A DNA stretch of 64,000 nucleotides from Felis catus (lineage: Eukaryota), in assembly GCF_018350175.1 (NCBI RefSeq), contig NC_058368.1, positions 74,960,001-75,024,000 on the forward strand, written 5' to 3'. Shown here piece by piece: positions 24,203-36,984 of this stretch. Made by a program: the position numbers and the translations under genes. Positions within the stretch are counted from its first letter, which is position 1; each line of letters starts with the position of its first letter. The notes under the pieces were generated by a model. The model saw only the letters and a program-made list of their open reading frames with translations, had not been told where the DNA came from and ran no database searches.

Positions 24203-24523
24203 ATTTTTTTTTCCTTGTGACTTATTTTTTTTAATATAATTTATTGTCAAATTGGCTTCCAGACAACACCCAGTGCTCATCCCAACAGGTGCCCTTCTCG
24301 ATGCCCATCACCCACTTCCCCTTTCCCGTACCCCCCATCCACCCTCAGTTTATTCTCTGTATTTAAGAGTCTCTTATGGTCTGTCTCCCTCCCTCTGTTT
24401 GTAAGTTGTTTGTTTGTTTGTTTGTTTGTTTTTTCCTCTTCCCCTCCCCCATGGTCTTCTGTTAAGTTTCTCAAGATCCACATATGAGTGAAAACATATG
24501 CTATCTGTCTTTCTCTGACTGCC
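24203..24523 (-). mobile_element. 5'-truncated felid L1 3'UTR
   Basis: Antisense copy of the L1 end at 54200-54440 (tttattgtcaaattgg...cagtgctcatccc...aagagtctcttatgg); TSD gcattactt at 24194-24202 and 24524-24532. Confidence 0.93.
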
Positions 24524-24584
24524 GCATTACTTTATAGTGGCATCATGTAAGTTAAATTATATTGTTGTTAAAAGAAGGTATATT

Positions 24585-24960
24585 TCTCTCACAAATATTT
24601 ATTAAGTACTGTGTGCTAGGCAAGGTGAAGAAAAACTCGGTATGGGTTCTTGCCGTTCTCTGGTTTATAAAGTTGTGTAGAATTCAAAGGTTAATCCGAT
24701 ACTCACGCTAGCAAGGGAGTGAATGGCATTCCCGAAACTTCCATTAATGTCAGGAATGGAGAGAGCTGTGTGGATGGTGCTCAAGTGTGAGCAGAGAACA
24801 AGGGGAAAAGAGGGAACCGGGGGTCAGGGTTCTGTGGAGTTGGGAATGGGGAAAGCAGGTCAACGGGCAACTGGTAGGTTTCTGATAAGAACTTTGTCTT
24901 TCACCTAGGAAACAGAGGAGACATGGAGAAGCTCTAAACAGAGGAATGATGGAGAATAAT
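24585..24960 (-). mobile_element. L2 3' end, degraded
   Basis: acaaatatttattaagtactgtgtgctaggca start, then purine-rich L2-like body. Confidence 0.55.
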
Positions 24961-25124
24961 TTTAAAGGAATGAACTCCAGTGAGCCTTCTGTTTGCTAAA
25001 TAGGTGGTGGCGGTGGAAACATAGAGAAGTGTGTACACATAAACAATTTTTAGGAGACAAAGTCAAACTGGCAATAGGTAAACTATGGGCGGTGAGAAGA
25101 ACAAAATGGTTAGAAGTATTTACA

Positions 25125-25352
25125 GGGGTGCCTGGGTGGCTCGGTTGGTTAAGCATCCGACTTTGGCTCAGGTCATGATCTCACACTCCGTGAGTTCAAG
25201 CCCCGCGTCGGGTTCTGTGCTGACAGCTCAGAGCCTGGAGCCTGTTTCAGATTCTGTGTCTCCCTCACTCTCTGCCCCTCCCCTGTTCATACTCTGTCTC
25301 TCTCTGTCTCAAAAATAAATAAATGTCAAAAAAAAAAGAATTAAAAAAAAAA
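25125..25352 (+). mobile_element. Can-SINE (SINEC_Fc2-like)
   Basis: Full element; TSD agaa(g)tatttaca. Confidence 0.95.
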
Positions 25353-25950
25353 GAATATTTACAGCTAGTACAGCTAAAAAGATTATGGGGACATTCCTTG
25401 AAAAACGATGCACAGGATGAGAATCAGTTGGGGCAAGGTCAAGGTCACGATCTTGATTTTTGAATTGGCTGAGCTGATGGCACCTCTATGACATCCGTGT
25501 GCAGACCGAGGTTACAGTGACACATCCAGGCATGGCAGGGGTTCCTTCTGGCGTTAAGCTGTAAATCAGGGGGCTATCAGGCAGGGCATGCAATCGGGGG
25601 TAGGGTCGATCACCTAGGGAGAGACCCAAGGAGGAAGGGGAAATGCATGAGGACCAGGCAAGGTAGAGTACAAGGCCATAAGCAGCGACCTCGGTGACAT
25701 TGTTAACTGGCTTGATAGCAATCTAGCCGGTTTATTAAGACAAAACACAGTACGAGTGGGGTGAACAGAAGCTGGGGAAGAAAAAAAAAGAGATACCCCA
25801 TCATTTACTTTTTGGGGAAATTTATCTGTGAAGGGAAGGAAAGACGGAATGAGGACAGAAGGAAAATGCGGGTCACAGAACAGAGGTCCTCACGTGAGTG
25901 GCCCAAATCCTGGGAGCTACAGGTTGTTTCTGAATTCAGGGATGTTCGCT

Positions 25951-26172
25951 TTTATTTACTTATTTTTTTAAGGTTTATTTATTTTTGAGAGACAGAGGGA
26001 CAGAGTGCAAGCCGGGAAAGGGGAGAGAGAGAGGGAGACCCAGAATCCGAGGCAGGCTCCGGGCTCTGAGCTGTCAGCACGGAGCCTGATGCGGGGCTCA
26101 AACCCACCAACCGTGAGATCATGACCTGAGCCGAAGTCAGATGCTCAACTGACTGAGCCACCCAGTCGCCCC
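25951..26172 (-). mobile_element. Can-SINE
   Basis: Full element; TSD agggatgtt(c/t)gcttt. Confidence 0.95.
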
Positions 26173-26713
26173 AGGGATGTTTGCTTTTAGAAAAGCAATA
26201 CAGAGCATCTACCACATCCAGGCTTGGCTGGTCCCCGCGGGTGTCCCCGAAAGGTAGGTAGAGCTCCACCTCCGCCGGACTCTCAGTCACCCCCGGCCCG
26301 TAGTAATTCAATGTGCTCTCTCTTGCTTCACCTCCGAAATCTCTAATTAAAGTGCCACATCTGGAAGGAGGCGTGTATCATCACGCTGCGGGCCTGTTAC
26401 CCCAGCCTTGCTGCTGACTGTCCTCTGCCCACGAATGCCCGGTGAAGGCACCCCTGCAGCTCACATCTATTATTCCTTAAAGCTTTACCTTCTAGTGGGA
26501 CCGCTTCTTTGTGCAGCCCTCTCCTCGGAACTAAGCTGTTACCTTGCGAGGACTCCGAACTACTGGCACCTGTCGTTCTTTCTTTCTTTTTTTTTTTTTT
26601 TTTTTTTTTTTTATATTAATGTTGAGTCAGGGAATGAAAAAAATAAGTATGACCTACTAAGTTACTCTTTACAGTAGAAAAATACAATTCTACCCTTAGG
26701 GAAGGTACAGACT

Positions 26714-26916
26714 GGGGCGCCTGAGTAACTCGGTTGAGCTTCTAATTTCAGCTCAGGTCATGGTCTCCCCGATGGTGACTTCAAGCCCCGCAACGGGCTT
26801 CCTGCCGTCCTCACTGAGCCCACTACGGATCCTCTGCCCGCCTCTCTCTCTGCCCCTCCCCACCCTGTGCTGTCCCCAGAATAAATAAATACTTAAAAAA
26901 AATTATTTTAAATAAA
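26714..26916 (+). mobile_element. Diverged Can-SINE variant
   Basis: ggggcgcctgagtaactc head; aaggtacag on both flanks. Confidence 0.85.
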
Positions 26917-27078
26917 GGTACAGCCTTTTTTTTAATGTCAATCCTATTATATAAATCAGAAAGGAATAACATATCAGACAAAATTAGACCAAGAACCCTT
27001 AAAAGTGACATTAGGAATGCGCACGGAGCCCTTTAACAGCCTTTGCTTGGGAGCCTGTTCAAAATGAGACATGGCCGA

Positions 27079-27249
27079 GGGAGGCATGTGGGTGGCTCAG
27101 TCACTTAAGCTTTCGACTCTTCATTTTGGCTCCGGGCAAGATCTCACGGTTTGTGAGTTCAAGTCCCGCAAGGGGCTCTGCTCTGACAATGCAGACAGAG
27201 CCTGCTGGGGATTCTCTGTCTTCCTCTCTCTCTGCCCCTCCCCTGCTTG

Positions 27250-27303
<54 letters not shown>

Positions 27304-27320
27304 ATAAACAAATAAAAAAA
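27079..27320 (+). mobile_element. Older Can-SINE with long (CT)n
   Basis: gggtggctcagtcacttaagc...cctgctggggattctct; degenerate TSD aaaatga(g/c)a(c/g)atggc. Confidence 0.88.
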
Positions 27321-28867
27321 ATGACAGATGGCAGACGAACTGGCCACTGGGTGTGTGCTGAGATGTCAGTCTGTGAGGTCTGAGATTCAGAGGCCAGACT
27401 GGAATCAAGTTGTAGAGAATCATCACCCAACACTGTGGTGTCTGGGCTAACGTGACACCGTAAAGTGGACTCAGTTGGTGTGTGTGGCTCCTATGGGCAG
27501 AGGCTTCGCTCAGAAGCCATCCAGGCTACCCACGTTAGCAAGTGAGAACATCGAGAATGGCAGAAACTAGTCCTTGCTGGGAGGTTGGCTTCATGAGTCG
27601 CGCGTGTTTGTGTTTGCACTTATTTATTTATTACGGAACCTGACCTCACTCACTAATTAGCACCTCGTGGCAGTTTCAATTGGGACTATACACAGATCGT
27701 TCGAGGAAGTAATTTTAAAGGTATTAATTACGCTCTAGAGAGAGATCCTCAAAAAATGCAAATGAACGAATTTTTTTTTAATTTCTCTGTATGCACTTGG
27801 CCACCTGCCTTCTTGTTTCTGCCGCCGACTTTCACAGCCCTGACATATAGCAGTGAATACATTAACATAAAACGCACGTCTGTAACTCTGACATAGTGTA
27901 TATTTTTTCTCCTGTAAAGCATTTTTTTTTTCTTTTCGGTTCAGATGATTACACCTCTCTCTCTCTCTCTTTTTTCGAATTCAGCGTTTCTTTTAAAGTG
28001 TAAGGTTTATTTTCACACTTCTGATTGCCAGAGGAAGAGGAAAGAGCCTCTCGCACCTCAGGCATTCACATCCAGACATTATGCAATCACAGTGACAAGG
28101 ATTAATAAAGATTAATTCGGTTCCCCCTTAAAACGTCCTGGCACTTCAGCACTACCATTGCTGGACCTGGGAGCAAAAGAATAATTCTCATCTGCTTTTG
28201 AAATGTGCTTTTTCTTGTTGTTGTAGAGCACGTTGCTGTCCGTGTTGGCAGCTTGTTTTTTATCAAAGCATTCTCAAGCCATGATCTTCCAGGGAGCTAC
28301 AGCTAGGTAATAGGATTTATGAACAAAGTTTTACATGTATCAGCGGGAAAATATCATCATCCTTCAAATAGCCCCTTTGCTGGCTTTCCTTTAATTATTC
28401 CCCTTTGGGTATGAATACTTGTATTTTGAAATGAAACATACGACTTATTTTCAAGAAGCCTTCTTCCTACTGTTTTTCAGGCTTTGTTTTTATGGAGAAT
28501 CTTATCAAATAAGTTGAGTCTTCAGAGGATTACACTCTCAGTTTTTTTTTTTTCAACCCTCACCTAGAAGAACCATCGAGTCAAACAACTTGTGCCTTAC
28601 TCCCAAAGTGGCCATTTGAATCAACTGTCCAACTACTTGTTTTGGTTGGGTAAATACAAGGCGGGTTCTTTGGCAAGCTCTAGTGTAAAGTGTAAGCAAA
28701 CCAGGAAACAAAAAAATACCAACAGATACAAACATTTCTTTGCGCTTCTCTTGCTCAATTCGGGATATAATGGCTGAGGTTCTATGACACTCATTTGCTT
28801 GAGTAAAATAATGATCATGGAGCATTTCAAGATGGGAAGGAAGGGATTATCAGTATGTCCCAGATGA

Positions 28868-29290
28868 TACACGTAGTAGCTTCTTATAATAGAGTACCAC
28901 AAACTGGGCGCTTAAATAAGAGAAACGTATGGCTCGTGGTTCTGGATCCTGGAAGTGCAGAATCAAGATGTCAGACGGTTGGCTTCTTCTGAGGGTTGTG
29001 GGGGAAAATGCCTTCCATGCCGCCCCCTGACTTCCGACAGCCTCAGATGCTTCTTGGCTTGTAGATGTTATTCCCCCTCTGTTTTCAGATCTCCCCTCTG
29101 CACGTGCTTGTCTTTGTGTCCAAATTTCCCCCATCAATAATGACATCAGTCACGTTGCATTGGAGCCTACCCCAATGGCCGGCTTCATTACCTGTATAAA
29201 GACCCTGATTCTTACTAATGTTCCCTTCTGAGGTACTGGGGTTAGGATTTCAAAATGTATTTTGGGGACAGCAAAATTCAACCCATAACA
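28868..29290 (-). mobile_element. MLT1C-like ERVL-MaLR solo LTR
   Basis: taccacaaactgggcgcttaaa...aatcaagatgtcag...ttctgaggtactggggttaggatttc...aattcaacccataaca. Confidence 0.85.
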
Positions 29291-29475
29291 ATATGTTGCC
29301 TTTGACATTGTGAGGTGGGTTTATGGATTATGGTCCCCAAATGAACACCATCTTTTTTCTTCTTTTCCTCCGTGTCTAGACTCTATTAATTTTCGGCAAT
29401 TATTTAACCTCCATGTGGAATATTGGCAGAGGCTTAGAACTTTCTTTTATTGAAAAAAAAAAAAAAGAGTTTCCA

Positions 29476-29649
29476 GGGGCACCTGGGTGGCCCAGTCAGT
29501 TGGGAGTCCGACTTCAGCTCAGGTCATGATTTTGCAGTCCACAAGTTCGAGCCCAGCGTCAGGCTCTGTGCTGACAGCTCGGAGCCTGGAGCCTGCTTCG
29601 GATTCTGTGTCTCCCTCTCTCTCTGCCCCTCCCCTGCTTGTTCTCTGTC
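29476..29649 (+). mobile_element. Can-SINE lacking poly-A tail
   Basis: Head and body intact, stops at ttctctgtc with no aataaa or A tail. Confidence 0.9.
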
Positions 29650-30051
29650 ATGAAGCAGTACAATCAGCATACTCTGGGGGGGGGGGGGTTCATTCTGATG
29701 GTGCTGCTGAATTAATGGATTCACTATACCTGTTTGCTAACCTGAATGTTCCTCACGGAACACAAGTCTCAATGGTTTTGAAAGAATGCACTCCTTTAAG
29801 TAAAAGTACACACCCTGGTATTTTTTGTGCCTCTTACCAGAAAATTAGAATGTAGTGTTTTCCTGTTATCTAAACATCAGCTAGACAGAAAATAGTCTTC
29901 GTCCCCTCTAAGATTTGTTGAGTAACACTAAAGTTGCATAGATACTATAAATGATGTTCTGCCTAATGATGTTCTATTTAGTCCTGATATGGACTACTGT
30001 CATAGTCTGAGGAGGCTGTTTTAAGGAAATGTTTATTGCTGTGACCTTTTC

Positions 30052-30274
30052 TTTTTTTTTTAATTTTTTTTAAACGTTTATTTATTTTTGGGACAGAGAG
30101 AGACAGAGCATGAACGGGCGAGGGGCAGAGAGAGAGGGAGACACAGAATCGGAAACAGGCTCCAGGCTCTGAGCCATCAGCCCAGAGCCCGACCCGGGGC
30201 TCAAACTCACAGACCGCGAGATCATGACCTGGCTGAAGTCAGACGCTTAACCGACTGTGCCACCCAGGCACCCC
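30052..30274 (-). mobile_element. Young SINEC_Fc-type Can-SINE
   Basis: Perfect TSD gctgtgaccttttc at 30038-30051 and 30275-30288. Confidence 0.96.
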
Positions 30275-30317
30275 GCTGTGACCTTTTCGTCTTAGAGGAA
30301 CAGGGAAGAGTATGTCT

Positions 30318-30440
30318 GTAGTCAGTCAACAAATGTTAATTGAATTCTTACTCATTTTCATTCTATAACCTGGTGTACGGGATCTCACAGGGAGCAAGAC
30401 AGACATGACTGCTTTCCTCTTGGTTCTTATATTCTGGATG
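30318..30440 (-). mobile_element. L2 3' terminus fragment
   Basis: cagtcaacaaatgttaattgaattcttac...aagacagacatg. Confidence 0.5.
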
Positions 30441-31908
30441 AGCCTGTGATGTAGAGGCAGAATGATGCCTTTGTTATACTGGTTGTAGAGGTAGGTATGT
30501 ATTTGTCGGAGCAGACACCTGTGATAGAGTTTTCTTTATGGGAAAAAAAAATCTGATTTAATCAAGTGTGCCAGTGGTCCTGGTCACCATATCTGCCCAT
30601 TTCTATCACAGTGTGATCCTGCCTCTGTTTTCATTACAAATATTAGCTCCTTCTCCTATATCTTATTTGGTTTGAATGTCCTTTAGTTTTTTTTTTCCTC
30701 AGTACCTTTAAAGATGAATGTCTTAAAAAACGCTCATAAAATAAATTCATGTAATATTCAGTTATTCCCTCTGAAGGCAATTGCATTAAATAGTAAAAAT
30801 GACTGTGGGAGCTAACCTACATACGTGCGTAAGACTGAGAAGTCCGTGTAGAGCTGGGTCTGCCCTTGGGACTTCCTATCGCATCAGACTTTTCCTGACT
30901 CTGTGACTGATGGCGATTGTTTGGATTCAAGTTGTTGTATAGATAGATATCAACTGATAACCCGAAAGGAACACTGTGTCTGGAAGAATTTTTTGCTCAA
31001 TAAATAGATTCAGGCAAAACCTGATTTTATGAATTTCCAACTTCCTTTCTGATATTAGCAGTGGCTGGATGATTAGCTCTCCCAAGAAGATTTGAATTGG
31101 CCATATTTCTAGCTATTTTTTTTTCCTGTGAAAATAAAAGCTACTTAACGAATTGTTACACATTGTACTTCACAGGACCCATACTTGCACCCTTCACAGG
31201 CTTCCTAAGACTTAACAATGCTTTCTGAGTGAAGATCAGTGCTAATTGACATGCCTAGCATAAAAAAGCATTATAATTATCCAGGATGTGAGAAGCTCTT
31301 TGGATATAGTGCTTTTATTGTCATTTTGTTAACAGATTGACAAAGTATGATTCAGATTTTTCTAAACCTTTGAAATTAACACTCTCCACCGTCCGTGAAT
31401 TCCATGGTTATTGATAAACCATCTTCAAAGCTAGGCTCCAAAGATGTGCCCAGACCAACTTTGTATCAGGCCATTCCCCAGAAAGCTTCTTTATGCCTAG
31501 GCTCTACTATGTTTACTGGAGTATGTGATTTTTTTTCTCCTTCTAGAGTTATGAGGTTGAATATTTGGAGGATGGTTTGCTATGAGACTCTAGATTGTGA
31601 AATTTGAACAATCATTCCTTTTATTTTCTATAGTCAAAAGGATATGTGTAGTCATTTTAAGGACACGTTTTAAGTAAATGGTTTCCATGAACCATTTCCG
31701 AATGGTCTAAAACCCTAATGATAACCACGAATCTGGTTTGTGATGTCAGGACACCCGATGAGGAAAACGGACTCTTCGAATTTACGAGATTGGGGTCCTT
31801 AGAGAAGTGGCATAACCGTTCTGTGCCCCAGCTGTTTATTTATCCTTTGTAACTGTTTATGGTACTAAAAGAACTCATCCCATAAGCAAGTTAAATATGT
31901 TAATTCCT

Positions 31909-32121
31909 GGGGCGCCTGGGTGGCGCAGTCGGTTAAGCGTCCGACTTCAGCCAGGTCACGATCTTGCGGTCCGTGAGTTCGAGCCCCGCGTCAGGCTCTG
32001 GGCTGATGGCTCGGAGCCTGGAGCCTGTTTCCGATTCTGTGTCTCCCTCTCTCTCTGCCCCTCGCCCGTTCATGCTCTGTCTCTCTCTGTCCCAAAAATA
32101 AATAAACATTGAAAAAAAAAA
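31909..32121 (+). mobile_element. Young SINEC_Fc-type Can-SINE
   Basis: CpG-intact; perfect TSD ttaaatatgttaattcct at 31891-31908 and 32122-32139. Confidence 0.97.
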
Positions 32122-32247
32122 TTAAATATGTTAATTCCTAAGTATATCTGGTGATGCAAAAATGTACTATTGCCTCTATAATATTATTACTGCTGTCGTT
32201 GCTGTTACTTCTCGAACCACAGATACATTCACAACAACCCATGTAAG

Positions 32248-32612
32248 CGCTCTCGATTGAATGTTTGTGTCCCCCTACAATTTATACGTGCAAATCCTAA
32301 CCCCCAAGCTGATGATGGTATTAGGAGGTGGGGAGCTTGGGAGTCAATAACCTCATGAGGGTGGAACCCTCATGAATGGGATTAGTGTCCTTGTGAAACT
32401 GTCTTGAGAGGGCTCCCTGTCCTCTTTCACCAGGTGAAGTCACAGAGAAAAGTCAGCCTTCAGTGACGAAGCAGGGTCTCACCAGATACGAAATCTGTTA
32501 GTGCCTTGACCTTGGACTTTCCAGGCTCTAGAACTGTAAGACATAAGTGTTTGCTAATGGTAAGTCACTTGGTTTGTGGATCTGGTTATGACAGCCTGGG
32601 TAGGTTATGAGA
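32248..32612 (+). mobile_element. MLT1A0-like ERVL-MaLR solo LTR
   Basis: tgaatgtttgtgtcccc...atggtattaggaggtgggg...ccctcatgaatgggattagtg...gccttgaccttggactttccaggctctagaactgtaag. Confidence 0.85.
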
Positions 32613-32652
32613 ACAGGATTATTTGAAATTCTCACTTTGCTAGAATTAGTTC

Positions 32653-32691
32653 TTTTTTTTTTTAATTTTTTAATGTTTATTTATTTTTGAC

Positions 32692-32744
<53 letters not shown>

Positions 32745-32914
32745 GGGGGAGAGAGAGAATGAGACAGAGAGAGAGGGAGACACAGAATCCAAAGCAGGCT
32801 CCAGGCTCCGAGTTGTCAGCACAGAGCCCAACGCGGGGCTTGAACTCACAGACCGCGAGATCGTGACCTGAGCCTAAGTCGGATGCTTAACCGACTGAGC
32901 CACCCAAGTACCCC
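32653..32914 (-). mobile_element. Can-SINE with long (GA)n
   Basis: TSD tgctag(a/t)attagttctt. Confidence 0.95.
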
Positions 32915-32989
32915 TGCTAGTATTAGTTCTTAACAACTAACTCTAATGCGATAGAGGAAGCATCCTTCTCATGGACTATTCTATTGACC

Positions 32990-33260
32990 TAGAGAGAGTA
33001 TCTCTTGCACAGGACAAGCGTCTTGTTATATAATACTTTCCTCTGCAACTGCAGACTTTGGCCAAGGGCCCCAGCTGCTGGACTCTGAACTGCTCCCGTG
33101 AATGCCCCCTGAGGCCACAACTCTGGTGACCACCCCAACCAAAGAGGAAGTACTGGAAAGACACTAGAGCAGACACACTTCTGGGAGACAGGAACAACTC
33201 CAGCAGCCAAACGTGGCTCCCAGTTCGTGCTTTCTCCTGCCTTGGGACTGGCACTTGCTT
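32990..33260. mobile_element. Possible ERVL LTR16-like fragment
   Basis: cagctgctggactctgaa...ctgaggccac...cttctgggagaca loosely recalls LTR16; unverified. Confidence 0.3.
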
Positions 33261-33862
33261 ACCCCCCTTTCTGAGATGTCGTTTCCTATTTAGACCCCTG
33301 GTCTTTCCCATCTGTTTTTGGTTTCCGCTCAAGTGGTTCTTTATCAAATGGGTTTCCCAGACCACCAGATCTGAAATGGTAGGTCCTGTGAGGCACGATT
33401 GTCCTGACTCTGATTTCTTTTTCTTCTCTTGTTTCTCTTCCTGACAATTGCCCCTATTACACTCTAAGGCTCATGAAGTGGTACGTTTTCTATTTTATTC
33501 CTTGCTTTACCGCCAGTGCCTAGAATAGGTCTTACACTTATTACTGTTCATCAAATGATCAATTGAGTGAAAAATATATAGCAATTCTGAATCTATCGCA
33601 TGACAATATTAGATGTATCAGATGGTGGAATCAGGTAATGATACGATATGATTTTTAGAATAAAATGAATCCCATAATAAGTGGAATTTAAGAAATCAAG
33701 TGACCTGGATCCCAGTAAGTAGATAAAATGAGTAAGATTACGTTTAACTCTGATAATTCTGATTAGAAAGGTAGCCTCACGAGAAAGATTTATGGTGTTG
33801 AAATTTTTATCTTTTAGTTGGTAATACTTTTACGGCAAAATAACTTTTTTACCAGTCTCAGC

Positions 33863-33890
33863 GTTGTTGTTGTTGTTGTTGTTGTTGTTG
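33863..33890. repeat. (GTT)n microsatellite
   Basis: Direct read. Confidence 0.9.
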
Positions 33891-34933
33891 CTTATTTAGT
33901 TTGTAAGTCACAAACACTGAACCGTAAGAGCTACCAATTTCCCTTCATGGCAATTTTAATTTCTAATTGCAATTGCAATTTATTTTTACTCATACTTATG
34001 GCATAGTAGTTAGACCGACTGCTTATATGAGATTTTGCAAGTCATATCAAATCTATACAAGTGACGGCCATGTACATGATGCGAGTCAAGCTGAATAAGT
34101 TCTCAGTGACTTCACGACAGTTGGGTGACTGTAATGAACAGTGATGATAATAATGAACAGCGGTGACTCCATACATGGAGTAGACTCTGTTCTTTCTCCA
34201 CGAGGATGTATTTCAGAAACCCCTTTGCTTTGGGGCAGGGGGGTAGCTGGTTCAACTCTTCTTCCCATTCTTTAATTCCCTAACCTTGGCTCCAGGCTTT
34301 TATGGGTATTAGAACTCAAGGATGATAGAAAACAACAGGGGAATAGTAAATTCTTTCTTGGTGGTTTTGTGTGTGGACTTCATGGGCTCTGGACCTAGTA
34401 GGTGGTAAGCTGGCTCCTTCTCTCATAGTTCTCTCTTTGTGGATTCTCCGGAGATTCTCATTGTCATGGGTTTCTCACACAGCTACCTTGAATTAGAGTT
34501 CACTGCCACTGGAGACTTGCCACCTTCCTTTGTCCCTCTACATTCATCATCAACCTGTGCCTTCTTCCCATTGGGACTCCTCCCCACTCCAGGTGGCTCT
34601 ATTAACAGATCTCAAGATGACCCCATGCCAGTTCTGGGTTTTTTTGTTGTCGTTGTTTTTGGTGGGGTGGGGAGACACAATGTATCCTTCTGACAAGTTC
34701 TAAGAGCTCAGCCCAATTTCAGCATAACAGTAAGTCTGGGTTCTGCCACCCAAGCCATTATTCAGCTGTCTTTCACCTTTTCTGCTTTGGGGGGACATTC
34801 AATCCTTTTCCAGCGAGCTACTTTCATCACATTTAATCTCCCCAAGTTGCCATATTAAATGCTTTCCTCTCAATAGGGGTTGGGACTCACAGCAAAGAAT
34901 CTCATAAACATTGTGTCTCTTTAAAATATTCTC

Positions 34934-35130
34934 GGGGCGCCTGGGTGGCTCAGTCAGTTAAGTATTGGACTTCGGCTCAAGTCATGATCTCACATTTTGT
35001 GAGTTGGAACCCCACGTTAGGCTCTGTGCAGACAGATCAGAGCCTGGAGCCTGCTTCAGATTCTGTCTCTCTCTCTCTGCCCCTCCCCTACTCGCACTCT
35101 GTCTCAAAAATAAATAAAAGTTAACACAAA
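34934..35130 (+). mobile_element. Can-SINE
   Basis: ggggcgcctgggtggctcagtc; TSD aaatattctc. Confidence 0.94.
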
Positions 35131-36533
35131 TTTTAAATATTCTCCATTTTCCATACTGTGACCCATTTGTATATCCTTTCTCAGGCTGAGCAAACAGTTT
35201 AAGTGCTGCGACTGTTTTACTGATAATTCCTTAGTGGATTCTGCATTTTGGTCCATCATTGTTTTGTATTTTATAGCATTCATTACTAATACTTTGCCTT
35301 TATGGAAATTTCCTTTTTAAAAATTATTTTAAGTTCGATATTGCTTTATTATCAATAATAACTACTTCCTGGAAGGGTGGACTTTTTTGCCTTAAATACA
35401 AGCAGACATAGTTTTAAATCTTGTATTTCAACATTCACTGAGTGGCAACTCTGTGCTTAGCTACTTAATGTCTTAAGTAGGAATTCGAAATGAATAATAT
35501 GTTACAATTATTAAAATATTACGTTAATTCAATATCCTATAAATTATATGCTATATCTGCATTGAATTGTACATAAAATAATCATATAAATTATTTTTAA
35601 TGTGTCTACTCTCCTTCTACATCTATTTTGTATTCTGTCAAGCAATTTCATATTTAGTAAATATTCAAGATAAAAGCCATTTGGTGCAGCTATGAAAAAA
35701 TGTCAAAGCACTCACATAATTATTTTCCTCTCGAAATGCAATTTTAATTTCGTAGTCTAGATATTGTCGGCTGTGATGCTTTTCCTGTCGTTTTCTTCTA
35801 TTTATTTGGTTTACCCCAAGGCAAGAAGAATGATCAATATTTGTAGATATTTTATACCTTGATGCAAGCTTCCGAACTATCTTAGTCTTTCCAGTATATA
35901 CATTTACCTTCAATGGAGCTCCCTTGTCTCCATTCTTTAAGATTTAGGGACCGACTGGATGAAATGTTCTTTAGCCCTAACTATTAGGTTATCAGAAGCT
36001 ACCCACTATTCTCTCTATTCTCAAAATTATGTTCGTGTATCCTGATTTATATTTCACTAAGCACCACTCTCAAAGCTAAGTAACTTTCAAGAGCTTATAA
36101 CTTTCTTCTCAGTCTCCCATTGCCAACAGTCTCAAGGTACTTTCGATGATTTTTGTGAACATCTAACTGGGATCCTTATGTCCATCTCTCTTTGTTCCAA
36201 TACATCCTTAATCCCGCATCCACAGTATTATTTCTAGCACTTTGAATGTCAGTCCAAATCCCATCAGACCCACATCAACACATCCTAGCCCGTCAATGGC
36301 CTTTTCAGTCTTTATAGGTGATGTTTAAACTGTCCCTCCTGAGTTCTGAGAGAAGAAGGGAACTGGAAAGTCTTGGGAATCATCACTTCACTACTGTTTT
36401 CAGAAAGTCGCTTTGGTTTTATTTGCTTCATACACTGGGCTTCCAGATATACTTTTAGATAAATTTCTCAACACCCAATCCATCTAGGGAAAAGCAGAAG
36501 ACTAGGTAATACTGATATCTGCAATGAAATCAA

Positions 36534-36765
36534 GTGGCACATGGGTGGCTCAGTCAGTTAAATGTTGGGCTTTGGCTCAGGTCACGATCTCACGGTTCGG
36601 GGGGTTCGAGCCCCCTGTCGGGCTCTGTGCTGACAGCTCAGAGCCTGGAGCCTGCTTCAGATTCTGTGTCTCCCAATCTCTCTGCCCCTCCCCCTGCTCA
36701 CACTCTGTCACTGTCTCTCAAAAACAAATAAACATTAAAAAAATTAAAAATAAAATAAAATTAAA
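36534..36765 (+). mobile_element. Can-SINE
   Basis: gtggcacatgggtggctcagtcagttaa head, A-rich tail. Confidence 0.93.
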
Positions 36766-36984
36766 TCGAAACACATAGTTCACTATTTAATGGTGTCTGC
36801 ACTCCGCTCTCCTCTGAAACTGTTTTTGTCCAAAACAAACACACACTCCTGAGGCTGTATATTTAACTCCATCACCCAAACCCCAGTGATATAGCCACAG
36901 TCCTCTTTATTTGTTTAGCTCTTATAGCAATAACATTATTTAAATTTTATCTTCTTTCATGCCCATTCAACTCCTTTTCAAGGA

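Noticed and set aside
28200..28312. Possible + strand exon (ttgttgtag ... ctag|gtaata)
   Set aside because: Isolated, weak sites, no recognisable peptide
29950..29977. aatgatgttct direct repeat resembling snoRNA C boxes
   Set aside because: Short slippage duplication; no convincing terminal stem or guide
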